Source: the human T2T-CHM13v2.0 reference genome, Homo sapiens. Taken from it: a DNA stretch of 64,000 nucleotides. Below the pieces are notes generated by a model that was not told where the DNA came from, did no database searches, and was given only the letters and a program-made list of their open reading frames with translations. A program made the position numbers and the translations under genes. Location: the NCBI RefSeq assembly GCF_009914755.1, contig NC_060933.1; one strand, written 5' to 3'. Shown one piece after another: positions 38,381 through 61,559 of this stretch (position 1 is the stretch's first letter; each line of letters begins with the position of its first letter).

Positions 38381-38991
38381 GGGCAGGCCGGGCGTGGTGG
38401 CTCACGCCTGTAATCCCAGCACTTTGAGAGGCCAAAGTGGGCAGATCCCCTGAGGTCAGGAGTTCAAAACCTGCTTGGCCAACATGGTGAAATACTTTCT
38501 CTGTTAAAAATACAAAAATTAGCCGGGCATGGTGATGGGCACCTGTAATCCCAGCTACTCGGGAGGCTGAGGCAGGAGAACCACTTGAACCTGGTAGGCC
38601 AGTGAGGCCAGTGAGCCGAGATTGCACCACTGCACTCCAGCCTGGGTGACAGGGTGAGACTCTGTCTCAAAAAAAAAAGCATTAGCCAAGGCAAAATGAG
38701 GTTAGAGCTTATGTCTGGAAGAGGAAGTGAAAGAGATTGATTGTTCGTGTGCCACTCGGATTCTTAGTTTCCTACTTTGTAAAATAAGGATAATGGTAGC
38801 TTTCCCACAGGGTAGTTATGAGGATTAGATAAAATTATGTAAAATAATAGCACTGAGGCTGGGTACGGTGGCTCACACCTGTAATCCCAGCACTTTAGGA
38901 GGCCAAGGCGGGTAGATCACCTGAGGTCGGGTTTGAGACCAGCCTGGCCAACATGGTAAAACCCCATCTCTACTAAAAATACAAAAAATTA

Positions 38992-39228
<237 letters not shown>

Positions 39229-39333
39229 TCATTCAACGTTTATTAAATACCTACTATGTGCTAGGCACTAGAGATATACAAATGAGACAGGCCCATAGAC
39301 AGGTAGTTATGATATAGCATGGTGGCTCTTTCG

Positions 39334-39425
39334 CCTGCCTGCCTGCCTGCCTGCCTTCCTGCCTTCCTGCCTGCCTGCCTGCCTTCCTTCCTTCCTTCCT
39401 TCCTTCCTTCCTTCCTTCCTTCCTT
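39334..39425 (+). repeat. Compound tetranucleotide repeat (CCTG)5 CCTT CCTG CCTT (CCTG)4 (CCTT)11
   Basis: Read directly from the sequence. Confidence 0.95.
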
Positions 39426-39891
39426 CCGTTTGTCTGTCCATCCGTCTTTTATTTTTTTTTAAATAAGAGTGTCTCACTCTGTCACCCAGCCTAGAACTCA
39501 GTGGTGCAATCATAGCTCACTGCAGCCTCAAACGTTTGGGCTCAAGGGATCCTCCTGCCTCAGCCTGCCTGCCTAGTAGCTAGTACTACAGGTGCACACC
39601 ACCACATCTGACTAATTTTTTTATGTGGATATTTTGTAGAGATGGGGTCTTGCTACTTTGTCCAGGCTGGTCTTGAACTCCTGGTCTCAAGCACTCCTAC
39701 CACCTTGGTCCTGAACTCTTTATGAGAGGATAAGACAGGGAAGATTTGGTTATTTTAATACCAATGTCTGGCGTATTTGAACTAGAATGACTCCTAACCT
39801 CAGTGTACACTGTAAATGATCTTTTTTAAACAGACATTTCAGGGTTTCATCTCTTTTAAGTGTGAATATCTATTAAGCAGCTGCTCTTTAG

Positions 39892-40120
<229 letters not shown>

Positions 40121-40510
40121 TAGCCAGGATGGTCTCAATCTCCTGACCTCATGATCTGCCCGCCTTGGCCTCCCAAAGTGCTGGGATTACAGGCATGAGC
40201 CACCGTACCCGGCTATAACATGCTTTTTAAATTATTTAAAATTTTTTTCAGTTTTTAATTATTTTTTCCTATTATTTGTTTTTCTTCTTTATTCAAGTTT
40301 CCACACTCCACATCAAACATGCCTTTTTTAGTGACTGCTGTTTGGTGGCATGTATGCCAGTGTGCTTCCTTCTGAAAATACCAGTGTAGTATAATAAAAT
40401 ATTTGATTGCTGGGGTTTCTTAATAAAACAGCCCTGGGAAATTCCAGTGATTGCTTTGTCTTTTTTTTTCTTTTTCCTTTGTATTGCTTCCCTTTACTAC
40501 TACTGTATAG

Positions 40511-40768
<258 letters not shown>

Positions 40769-40911
40769 TAGGGAGGGTTTGGGAGGCCTTGGCCTCACAA
40801 AGTGCTGGGATTACAAGTGTGAGCCACTGCGCCCAGCCAGGGTTTATTCTTTTTGTAACTAATAAAAAGTAGGTGTCAAGAAATTGTATCTGAACTATAA
40901 AATAGCTTTTC

Positions 40912-41228
<317 letters not shown>

Positions 41229-41345
41229 AAAATAGCTTTTCTTTATCCCTTTCTACATCTGTTTAGTTGCAGAATAACAAAAATATGGGTCATGTAATTA
41301 GGCACTAGGACATTTCAGGGTAAATGAGTAAGAGGATGGATCTGT

Positions 41346-41786
41346 ATGTGTTGGGTTGACTAGTGCCCCCACAAGTTCATGTCTGCTTGGAACCTCAGAA
41401 TGTAACCTTATTTGGAATAGTGTCTTTGCAGTTAACATTAGGTCATATGCGGTTAGGGTGGGCCCTATTTTCAGTGTGCCAGGTGCCATTATAACAAGTG
41501 GAGAGGGCGCAGAGGCACACACAGAGGGAAGAAGGCGATGTGATGGTGGAGGCAGAGCCTAGAGTGAGGCAGCTGCAAACCAAGAATGTTAAGAATCCTG
41601 GTAATCACCAGGAGCTTGAAAGAGGCAAGGAAGGATTCTTCTCCAGAGCCTTTAGAGGGACTGTGGCCCTGCTGACGCCTTGATTTTGGACTTGTAGCCT
41701 CCAGAACTGTGAGAGAACAAACTTCTGTGGTTGTAAGCTACCCAGTGTGTGGCTATTTGTTACAGCAGCCTTAGAAAGAGAATGCA
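41346..41786 (+). mobile_element. MLT1C-like MaLR LTR
   Basis: ggaacctcagaatgtaaccttatttggaa...ggccctgctgacgccttgattttggactt...tttgttacagcagcc. Confidence 0.85.
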
Positions 41787-41897
41787 ATATATACCAATAA
41801 CCTCACCCCAAAGCTCTAACTTCATAGGAACGTGTTATTACTTTATTTTTGAGTAATAACTTTCAGAGAACATGTTTAGCCATTAAGTGATATTCGC

Positions 41898-43840
<1,943 letters not shown>

Positions 43841-44491
43841 TTAAATCTTTCTTCCCTCTTATGTATGCAGAGAGAGTTCTAGTATAATGAGACTGTGCTG
43901 TGTACGCAGAAAGGTTGAGACTACTGAGCTAATAATGATAACTGTTTTGAGCTTATTTGGGGAAAATGAAGTGTCCTATAAAATCCAAATTTTAAGTGAT
44001 AGTAATAGCTGCTTGTTATTAAAGCATCTGTGATAAGTCAGAGACTGTGCTAAATATTTGATGCTTTTTATTCGACTCCTCGTAGCAGCCCCTTGAGATA
44101 GATGTTATTATCCCTGCTTTATAACTTAAGAAAATGGAGCTCTGGTTAAATAAGTGGAGGAGTCAGAGTTTGAACCCAGGTTAGCGCACCTTCCATTTTA
44201 CCTGCACTGGGTAAGCTTCCAGTGCCTAAAGCCCTCAGTGACTGTCTGAGAAGACAGCCCGTTTGCCAGCAGCTCAGTCTTCTGTGTAGTTCTTCTCTCA
44301 CTTCATGTGCTTAGCTGGTGGATTTTTGTTATGTGAGTGAATTTGACCCCATTCCATTTGTGAATTGCTATGTATGTGCAATGAGCCAAGAATTATAATA
44401 TTAAACTTCTTAGGTTAGTTTCTCCTACCACTAATAGAAGGCAGCTAATGACTGGTAGTCCCCCCCCACCGCCCCCTTTTTTTTTTTTTGA

Positions 44492-44701
<210 letters not shown>

Positions 44702-44882
44702 TGATCCTCCCACCTCAGCCCCCCAAAGTGCTGGGATTACAGGTGCGAGCCATCGAGCTCAGCCATGATTGGTAGTCTTATTCTTGTTTTCTTTTTTTTT
44801 TTTTTCTGTATTAGTAGAGAAATTGCTTGTGGTGCCTGAAGGTACTTTTTGCTTACCTTTTGGATCTGATTTTTGTTTTGAT

Positions 44883-45230
44883 CAGTGGTCACAAATTCAA
44901 GATGCAGTTAGAAGCCAGCTTGGTTTTGTAAGTCGGCTGGCTCAGTGAGACCGCAGGGGAAGGGGTAGCAGAAGAGCACAGGCTCCTGCCACAGTGGCCC
45001 CTGCTCGTTGCTCCAGAGAATGGGTTCTTATTGTACTGGAACGTGGCCTACAAGCTCTGGATCTTGTGGCTTTTTTTTTCTTCTCTTTTTTTAAATAAGA
45101 GAAGCTGGAAATTCATGTTTTTACGCGGAATTCATTGGCAACTGATTCAAATTTAAAAACAAAAGTAAAACACTGTGTTAGCCATGTATAACATGTGGGT
45201 TAATATAAGTCTGTAGACCCCCAGTTGGTG
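44883..45230 (-). mobile_element. MER102-like hAT DNA transposon relic
   Basis: cagtggtcacaaattcaa start and aaaacactgtg...ccccagttggtga end resemble MER102. Confidence 0.5.
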
Positions 45231-46056
45231 AGGTGAAGCTAGCTCAGTTAAGTGTTACTGTATTTCTTATTTTCTAAAATTCAGTTTATAAGAAAAACTA
45301 AATTGAGGTATCATTACTCTATTTTTTTTATGACTGAAAGCAGTTTAATATGAAGTCGGTGCAGAAGTTCTGACATTTAGTTAAAATAGCAGAACTGTCA
45401 GTATAAAACAACCGTTTTTAAAGTGAGGAAGAAAAGAGCAAATACATCAAAACAGTATGTCCTCTTTTTTTTTTTTTTTTGAGACGAGGTTTTGCTTTGT
45501 CACCCAGGCTGGAGTGCTGTGGCGCAATCTTGGCTCACTGCAGCCTCCGCCTCCTGGATGGGTTCAAGTGATCCTCAGCCTTCTGAGTAGCTGGGACCAC
45601 AGGTGCACACTGCCACACCCAGCTAATTTTTTGTATTTTTGGCAGAGATGGGGTTTCACCATGTTGCCCAGGCTGGTCTCAAACTCCTCAGCTCAAGTGA
45701 TCTGCCTGCCTCGGCCTCCCAAAGTGCTGGGATTACAGGTGTGAGCCAGCGTGCCCTGCCCTAGGATATACTTTTTATTTGGTTGTAAAAAGTATGTGGT
45801 AGTTAAAAAAATAGATTTGGGACTTAATTCTGAGTTAGGTTACTGGCCCTGCCATCTACTAGCCTAATGATTTTATGCAAGTTTTAACTCTGAGCCTCTG
45901 TTTCCTCATCTACCAAATGGACATGTTTGAGGCTACTTGCCTCATAGAGTTGTAAGAACTTGAGGTGATGTATGAAGCTCTTAGTGTAGTACTGGAGACA
46001 AGGTCAAGTGCTTGCAGTCTCTGAAATCCTTGGTGAAACAGGCACCCTTTACCACG

Positions 46057-46180
46057 GTGTCAGTGCTAATGGAAATGATAGGCTGGAGTTTGAGAATGTA
46101 GCTGAACCTCCATTGCCTGTGTCAGTGCTAATGGAAATGATAGGGTGGAAGTGGAGAAGGTAGCTGTATCTCCATTGCTT
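46057..46180 (+). repeat. Two-copy 62-bp tandem duplication
   Basis: Units 46057-46118 and 46119-46180 are 54/62 identical, with the first 26 nt identical. Confidence 0.93.
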
Positions 46181-46361
46181 GCATCTGGTATTGTTATCCT
46201 CATGCTGCTTTGTCACATCCTCCTCGCTTGTACTTTCTTCAGTCTCAAGATATCTATGCCTCTATGACTTTTATAGTGAGGTATAGTTTACGAAGTCACT
46301 TCCATACATATCTTATTTGACATGACACGATAGCTTAAAATGGAGGTGGGGAACAGGTTAG

Positions 46362-46664
<303 letters not shown>

Positions 46665-46701
46665 TAGTGCTGAGATTACAGGCATAAGCCACCGTGCCTG
46701 G

Positions 46702-46747
<46 letters not shown>

Positions 46748-47001
46748 TTTTGAGACAGGGTCTTGCTCTGTTGCCCAGGCTGGAGTGCAGTGGCATGATC
46801 TTGGCTCATTTGGCCTCGTGGGCCCAAACTGTCCTCCCACCTCAGCCTCTTGAGTAGCTGGGACCATAGGCTTGCACCACCACACCCGGCTAATTTTTTT
46901 TTTTTTTTTTTGGTAGAGATGGGTTTTCACCATGTTGCCCAGGCCGGCCTTAAAATACGGGGCTCAAGTGATCCTTCTGCATTAGCCTCCTGAGTAGCTA
47001 G

Positions 47002-47328
<327 letters not shown>

Positions 47329-47753
47329 TAGCCAAAAAGAAAAAGTTGAAAGGATATATATTTGCCCTTATTTATGAAAGACTTGAAAGAAATTCACGAA
47401 AGTATAAAAAAGTCAGTGCCAGTGGGATTGTGGGTAACAATTTTTTTTTCTTTTTTTCTTTTTTTTGGAGATAGCCTTGCTTTGTCTCCCAGGCTGGAGT
47501 GCAGTGGTGTAATCATAGCTCACAGTAGCCTCAAACATCTGGGCTCAGGGGATCCTCCATCTCAGCATCCCCAGTAGCTGTGGCTACAGTTGCATGCCAC
47601 CACGCCTGGCCAAATTTTAAAATGTTTTGTAGAGGTGGGGGTCTTTCTGTGTTGCCCAGGCTGGTCTTGAACTCCTGTCCTCAAGTGACCCTCCCACCTC
47701 AGCCTCCCAAAGTGTTGGGATTATAGATGAGAGTCACCAGGCCCAGTCCTAAC

Positions 47754-47784
<31 letters not shown>

Positions 47785-48358
47785 GAGACAGAGTCACACT
47801 CTGTGGCGCAGGCTGGAGTGCAGTGATGCAGTCCCAGCCCACTGCAGCCTCGACATCCTGGGCTAAAGCAATCGTCCCACTTCAGCCTCCTGAATAGCTA
47901 GGATGCCACCACAACTGGCTAATTTTTTTTTTTTTTTTTGCTAGAGATGGGGTTTCTCTGTTGCCTAGGGTGGTTTCAAACTCCTGGGCTCAAGCAGTCT
48001 GCCTGCCTCAGTCTCCCAAAATGTTGGGATTATAGGCGAGAGCCACCTCGCCTGGCCCCTCACCCTTTTTTTTTCTATCAAATGTTACTGAATATAGCTT
48101 TTTACATTTAATGTTGTATCATGATTACTTTCCCTTGTTAGGAAATGATAATGTGAAAATGGCTCTCATATCAGATCTAGTTTGAAGCCCCAGCTTTATT
48201 AGCTATAGTCTGCTTGGCCTCAGGTAGTCATTTCTCCTCTGAACTGGTGTCTTCATCGCTACCGTGGGGCTGCTTCTCTTAACCACACTGAGCTGAGCGA
48301 GGGTCAGAAATCATAGGTAAAGCCCTTGGCACATAACCTAGTTCTTGGAAGACTCTGA

Positions 48359-48652
<294 letters not shown>

Positions 48653-50349
48653 TGATCCGTCCGCCGCGGCCTCCCAAAGTGCTGGGATTACAGGCGTAAT
48701 CCAGCCTTATTATTATTATTTTTGAGACAGTCTTGCTCTGTTTCCCAGACTGGAGTGCAGTGGTACAACCCGGCTCCCTGCAGCCTCTGCCTCCTCGGTT
48801 CAAGCACTTCTGCCTCAGCCTACCAAGTAGCTGGGATTACAGGCACACACCACCACACCTGGCTAATTTTTGTATTTAGTAGATATGGGGTTTCACCATG
48901 TTGGCCAGGCTGATCTTGAACTCTTTCTATTTATTTATTTTTTTGTTTATTTAATTTTTTTTTTTTTTTGAGATGGAGTCTCGCTGTCGCCCAGGCTGGA
49001 GTGCAGTGGCGTGATCTCGGCTCACTGCAGGCTCCGCCCCCTGGGGTTCACGCCATTCTCCTGCCTCAGCCTCCCGAGTAGCTGGGACTACAGGCGCGTG
49101 CCACCTCGCCCAGCAAATTTTTTGTGTTTTTAGTACAGATGAGGTTTCACCGTGTTAGCCAGGATGGTCTCAATCTCCTGACCTTGTGATCTGCCTGCCT
49201 CGGCCTCCCAAAGTGCCGGGATTACAGGTGTGAGCCACCGCGCCCGGCCTTGATCTCGAACTCTTGACCTCAGGTGATCTGCCTGCTTTGGCCTCCCAAA
49301 GTGCTGGGATTACTGCCATGAGCCATCGTGCCCAGCCGATGCTGTTTTTATTGTTTAAAATAGTCTTCAAAAACCTGTTTTTCATGGCATTGTATCATCA
49401 AATGAAATGATGATGCAAAGGTTTAAAAAAAAGGAATGTACTATTTATGTTGGGGGGGGAACTGCTATCAGGTTGCAATCGAAACATTTTCTGGAAAAAA
49501 AAAACAAAACAACAAGAAAACCTGTATTGTGGTGGCCTAAGTATAAAAGAAAGCCTAGCAGGTTTCCATTCTGCTGCAAAGCAGCTTCATGCTGGACCAA
49601 TTAGAAAAGACATACTTTTAAAATTAAAACTTTATTGAAATGTAATATACATGGCTAAAAATTACTCATTATAAGCAAACAACTCAGCGCATTTCCAGAA
49701 CGTAGACACACTCATGCAGCCCGCAGGAAATGAGGCAGAACCATTACCAAGCCCCTCCAGAAGCACCCTAAGCCTCACCTTCCCTCAAGTCCCAGGAAAG
49801 CCCCTTTCTCCTGAGAGTGGTCACTGTCTTCACCTCCGTCACCACAGATGATTTCCCCCTGCATTCCAGTTTGTTTTACATGAATATGGCTGTGATTCAT
49901 ATACGTTGTTTTATGTGGCAGAAATTGTGTGTTCATTTTCCCTCATCCTCTCCCTCTGCAGTCCTGCTCCACTGAGGATTCTGCCAGAGAATGAAGCCCT
50001 AATGTGCTAAGGCATCCATTTATGTAGTTGAGTTAATGTCTCCTGTGCCTCTAGGAGGGTAGTCATCATATACTGTCCTTGAGAGAATTGAGAAAATAGA
50101 TACTGAAGACATTTTCCGTGGGTTTAATTCTCTCAGAGAATTCCAAGAAAGGCTGGGAGCCTTAGCTTTTCTGGCTTTTACCATTGACCCACTCTTGTAG
50201 ATTCCAGGAGATGACCTCTGTTATCTTATCTGGCTTTTCTAATTGTTCTCTGTGAGAATGTTGGTTTGCTGCAAGCCACTCCAGCCCACCAGGAAGTGGA
50301 AATCCAGCAAACATGTTTTCACCACATAGCCAAGCTCCTAAGAAAATAA

Positions 50350-50830
<481 letters not shown>

Positions 50831-51929
50831 TAGCCTTAGGCCTGAGCAGGGAGGTGAGTTGGAACTGTGTCCCTCTGCTTCTCAGCCCATAATCTAGGGC
50901 TGTCAAAAAGCTATGAATGCAAGAGTGGGCAGGAAAGAAAATCCTGCTAGTGATAGTGCAGTGTGGTGTAGTTCTGTGGGGGAGAGGAGGGGATTTAGTT
51001 TATGCTGTTTCTGCCAAAGATCTGCTCCACAGCCTGTCCTCACAGGCCTTTGGTGTTTGCCATTAGACTACCTGGGATGTCCAGGAAACCCCACATCTAG
51101 AAATAAAAAGTTACCCTTCACACCAAGAATCAAATTGCAAACTTACGGAAGGTGTTGCAATTTAGCCAAATCTCAATATAAAAATTGTTACACAACATAA
51201 AGTGTGTTTGTGGAAGCCCAGTTTTAGAAGTGTTCACTGACACCATTGCTCTGTTGGCCCTGCAGTGTACTGACTTAGTTGAGATTGGAGTCAGGATGTT
51301 GAGACAGCATCAAGCAGGTGGGGTAGGCGTCTGCCCATGTGATTCAGTCTCACCAAACCTTAGGATTATCTTGTATCCAAAAGACTCTGTCTCCATGTCG
51401 CTAATTCCTATTCCTGGGATTCCTCTTGCATAAGGCTTTGTTCCCTGAAAACCCATCATCTACTGTATCACTTTTAGGTGAAAATTCACCTTTTTAAATA
51501 ATTGACTTATAGCTTAGCTTCATTCTTTATCCTGCCAATGGGAGGAGCCAGGTACACACAAATTGATAAGAGGATTTATATAAATGAGTGTATTCTTGGA
51601 ACAGCTTCAGCCGCTCCTTTTCTTCCTCCCCACCCCCCAGCATGTTTTGAGTGCCTACTAGATGCCAGGCATTGTACTATCAGGAAGGATGTGGGGATGA
51701 CGATAACATGGTTCCTCCTGCCCTGGAATTCACATTTCAGCCAACCACTGAGTTTGCCCCTAGAACCCATACCAATGCATTGGAGTGAATTTGAATCCAT
51801 TGAATACTTCCTTCTGCAGAAACTGTTGATATCTTTTGGATTTCCGATGAGTTGTCTTCAGCTTTTGGAGAAAGACATGTTACCACAGCTGTGTATGTTA
51901 CTGAGCATATGGAAACATTGGCTGGCTAG

Positions 51930-52211
<282 letters not shown>

Positions 52212-52364
52212 TGATCCACCCGCCTCAGTCTCCCAAAGTGGTGGGATTACAGGCTTGAGCCACCGTGCCCAGCCTGATATCATACTTTTTAAAGCAAATG
52301 AATAGGTTAAATAATCAAAAGCACTTTTCCATATGACTAATTCCACCACTACAAATCTCTTTAG

Positions 52365-52490
<126 letters not shown>

Positions 52491-53140
52491 TAATGAGATC
52501 CAGGGGTTTACTCTTTTTTTTTTTTTTTTGAGATGGAGTCTTGCTCTGTCACCCAGGCTGGAGTGCGGTGGCGCAATCTCAGCTCACTGCAACCTCCACC
52601 TCCCGGGTTCAAGCAGTTCTCTGCCTCAGCCTCCCAAGTAGCTGGGATTACAGGCACCCACCACCATGACCGTCTAATTTTTGTATTTTTAGTAGAGACG
52701 GGGTTTCACCAACTTGGCCAGGCTGGTCTTGAATTCCTGACCTCGTGATCCACCCGCCTTGGCCTCCCAAAGTGCTGGGATTACAGGTGTGAGCCACTGC
52801 GCCCAGCCCAGGGGTTTACTCTTTTAGCTTAGGTGAGAGTCACCTTCCAACCCCAATGCTTAAATATAAAATACCAGAATATGGAGATAATTAAGCATGT
52901 GAGTAGCAAATTATATATCAGGCATCAAATAATTTCACTTTTAACACTTAAAATGTAATTCTGTAATAATTCTAGTAATTAGTGACTTTGCTTGAGTGAT
53001 TTTACTTTGCCTTCTTACAAAATGAATGCTAAGAAAACAGAGGAGACCACGTTAGAAGTACCACTTTTTCTGCTTTTTGAGTAAGAAAAGTATGGACAAT
53101 TGTGTAGATATTTACTTCTACTGTTTTTACTCCCCATTAG

Positions 53141-53191
53141 ATTGGATTTAGCCTAGACCGTACAAAGAATGATGGCTTTTCTTCTTACCTG
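53141..53191 (+). CDS. GPR107: GPR107 exon 3, aa 86-102
   Basis: ccattAG|ATT...CTG|GTGAGT; IGFSLDRTKNDGFSSYL; 51 nt, phase 0-0. Confidence 0.96.
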
Positions 53192-53988
53192 GTGAGTATT
53201 AAATGTGTGACCTGATTCATCTCTTCACCTGAGCCCAGGCCATTGAACGGGAACACCCTACTTCTTGCAGTTCCATTTTCATTTTTTTTTTGGAGTACGG
53301 TGGCACAATCATAGCTCACTGCAACCTTGACCTCCCAGGCTTAAGCGATCCTCCCGCCTCAGTCCCCTGAGTAGCTGGGACTACCAGCGTGTGCCACCAC
53401 GCCTGCCTAATTTTTGTATTTTTAGTAGAGACAGGGTTTCACATTTTGTTGGCCATGTCTCAAACTCCTGGACTCAAGGGATCCACCCACTGTGGCCTCC
53501 CAGAGTGCTAGGACTGCAGGCGTGAGCACCACGCCTGGCCACAGCGCCATTTCTTGAGGTAGTGGCTGCTTTGACTTCCAAGCATTTTTGAGAACCCACA
53601 GTTGGTTTACTTTTGTTTTTTGTTTTTTTTTTTGAGACAGAGTCTCACTCTTGTTGCCGAGGCTGGAGTGCAATGGTGTGATCTTGGCTCACTGCAACCT
53701 CCGCCTCCCTCGTTCAAGTGATTCTTCTGCCTCATCCTCCTGAGTAGCTGGGACTGCAGGTGCCCGCCACCACACCTGGCTAATTTTTGTATTTTTAGTA
53801 GAGACGTGGTTTCACCATGTTGGCCAGGATGGTCTCGATCTCCTGACCTCACGATCCACCCACCTCGGCCTCCCAAAGTGCTGGGATTACAGGCGTGAGC
53901 CACCACGCCCACCGGTTTACTATTTTGAATGGAGTTTGAGCCACGTATTTGCTATGTTCCTGAAAACTCTGTTCTTGTTCTAGTGTGA

Positions 53989-54108
<120 letters not shown>

Positions 54109-54169
54109 TAAGTAATTCTAAAGTTCCTTCAGTTCAGTCCTAGAGTAGAGTCGGGGAGAATTTAGTAGT

Positions 54170-54460
54170 ATGCTAACATTCCTTGGGTGTCTGCCATGTG
54201 CCAGAGACCGTGCTGAGTGCTGGAGATTCAAGACAAGGCTAGGGAGACAGAGGTCCTGTCCTTGATGGGAGAGACAGAACGGAAATACACATGATCACCG
54301 CCAAACAGAGAAGTGGAAGGGAAGAACTCATGAATTGTAGAAAGGAAGGAGAGGCTTCAGATAAGTGTTGGCCCAAGCAGCTTTCTAGTGAGTAGCCTTT
54401 TACCAGATGAATAAGTAAAGCATTCCAGGCAGAGGGCATAGTCTATGCAAAGGCAGAGTG
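54170..54460 (-). mobile_element. L2 fragment
   Basis: ccatgtgccagagaccgtgctgagtgctggagat...cattccaggcagagggcatagtctatgcaaaggc. Confidence 0.7.
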
Positions 54461-54612
54461 GAAACAAGACTGGGTCCACGTAATGGCTTCTGCCACTCAC
54501 CAGCCCTGTGACTCCGGGCCTCAGTGTCCTTACCTACTTCGTGATGATGGTATCTGCCTCATGAGATTGTTGGTGAGGATTTCTGACAATTCAGCCTCTT
54601 TGAAAATGTTGA

Positions 54613-55015
<403 letters not shown>

Positions 55016-55215
55016 TCAGACTTGCCTGTAAGGTAGACTCCTAGCAGCCCAGAAGAGGATGGATTTGAGATGAACAAGACTGGAGGTAAGAAGACTAATG
55101 AATAAGCTTCTAAAAAAAAAATGCTTTGTCATAAAACCATTGTAGACCCTAACTTTTAAAATATTCTCCGTGATAACCTCTGTTTTCATTTAAGAAGATT
55201 GATCTGACAGTCTCC

Positions 55216-55910
<695 letters not shown>

Positions 55911-56224
55911 TGAATTCCTGACCTCAAGTGATCCACCCGCCTCAGCCTCCCAAAGTGCTGAGATTACAGGCGTGAGCCACCATGCCTGGCCTGGATTTCA
56001 CTTTAAAGTCTTACTGATGTTTTACATTTTGTCCGTTTCTCTTGTGCACCAATTTGCTGAGCATTTTAACGATACTTAAGGAGAAAGATGTACCTCAGAA
56101 TTGTGTGGTTACTAAGATCTTAGGCTTAAGAGAGACTACCTGGATCCTCATCCAACTACTTCCTAGCTTGGTGCCCTTGGGCAAGTTATTTAACGTTTCT
56201 GAGCCTCAGTTTTGGTATCTGTAG

Positions 56225-56506
<282 letters not shown>

Positions 56507-56859
56507 TAAGGTGGAAACTGGCTTTCAGTTTTCACTACCTGCTTTGTAGCTTTTTTGTTCCTAATTAAAAGTAAAAGTAAAACATGATCTGTTGTCGTCT
56601 TAGCATTATATTTTGGAAGTTACACAAAAATACGTAAATGTTAAAGAAAAATGTGGAAAATCTGAAGCAGATGGAAAAACAACAGTCATTTCTCCTTATT
56701 CCCAGTGTTAGAATTTTAGTAATTTATGTTTTCTTATAAGCTTGTTTCATAAGTCTAGAACATTTGATTTTTAAAATTCAGTCATGCTTATAATTTTATA
56801 TGCATGCCTGATTACTTTTTAGCCCATTTCATACCTATCATATATCCTGTTAAGCAGAT

Positions 56860-57660
<801 letters not shown>

Positions 57661-57664
57661 TTAT

Positions 57665-58997
<1,333 letters not shown>

Positions 58998-59099
58998 GTT
59001 CAGTCTGTCCAACTTGACTGCAGTTAAAAGCCACACAGAAAGACTGCATTTGTGCAATGGTGTAGGTTAATGCCTGTGCACCATCTGCTTCTTGTCTAG

Positions 59100-59963
<864 letters not shown>

Positions 59964-60300
59964 TAAAAATTATGTTTTCAAATGTGATTACTTAGAAAAT
60001 TAGGAAGTCATTCCATGTGGCCTCTCTGGCAATAACATAAGCTAGAATATCCAGAAATGAATTCTGTTGTTACTATTACCGGTTACTAGATACCATTTAT
60101 AATATAACAAGGTCTAATTTGCTGCTTCGACAGTACAAGAATTATGTTTTGGGACCTGAGGAAATGGCAGTCCCCAAGATTATTTTGTTTAATTATTTGA
60201 TATTAGACAAGCTGAAGCCTCATAAAATGATACTGTAATATATATATGTATCTGTAAGTTGAGTCATGCAGCACTCTCTTTTAAATGTTCTTGCTTCTAG

Positions 60301-60338
60301 ATGGTGGAAAGTCTAAAAGAAGTACAGTGGATTCAAAG
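60301..60338 (+). CDS. GPR107: GPR107 exon 6, aa 176-188, carrying the KSKR furin cleavage motif (R182)
   Basis: gcttctAG|ATGG...AAG|GTAAGA; (D)GGKSKRSTVDSK; 38 nt, phase 1-0. Furin processing of GPR107 at KSKR is established. Confidence 0.95.
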
Positions 60339-60462
60339 GTAAGAACTAACCACCCTTTTGTGCTCAGCTTTTCTGGATATGTGTGTACGTGTGTGTGTTA
60401 TATGCATGTGTGTGTGTGTATTGATATATATACATACATGCATGCACAGACACATACATATA

Positions 60463-60780
60463 CAGTCGTCCCTTGGTGACCACAGGGGATTGGTTACAGG
60501 AACCCTAGTGAATATCAAAATCAGTAGATGCTCATGTCTCTTATATAAAATGGCATAGTATTTACACATAACCTACACACATCCTCCTGTGTACTTTAAA
60601 TCATCTCTGGAGTACTCATGATACCTAATACAACGTAAATGCTTTGTAAATAGTTGTTACACTGTGTTGGATTTTTATTTATGTTATTTATTACTATTAC
60701 TTTTTCATCTTATTTTAAAAAATATTTTTGGTTGGCAGTTGGTTCAATCTGCAGATGTGGAACCTGCAATACAGAGAGCT

Positions 60781-60785
<5 letters not shown>
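60463..60785 (+). mobile_element. MER2 (TcMar-Tigger) DNA transposon flanked by TG/TA/CA simple repeats
   Basis: TA|cagtcgtccctt...ggggattggtt.cagga...ttatataaaatggcatagtattt; (TA)n at 60785-60813. Confidence 0.88.
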
Positions 60786-60820
<35 letters not shown>

Positions 60821-60860
60821 CATACATACATACACACACACGCATATCTCATCTACAGGG

Positions 60861-61531
<671 letters not shown>

Positions 61532-61559
61532 GGAAAAGAAAATTGATTTCTAAGTTGCA

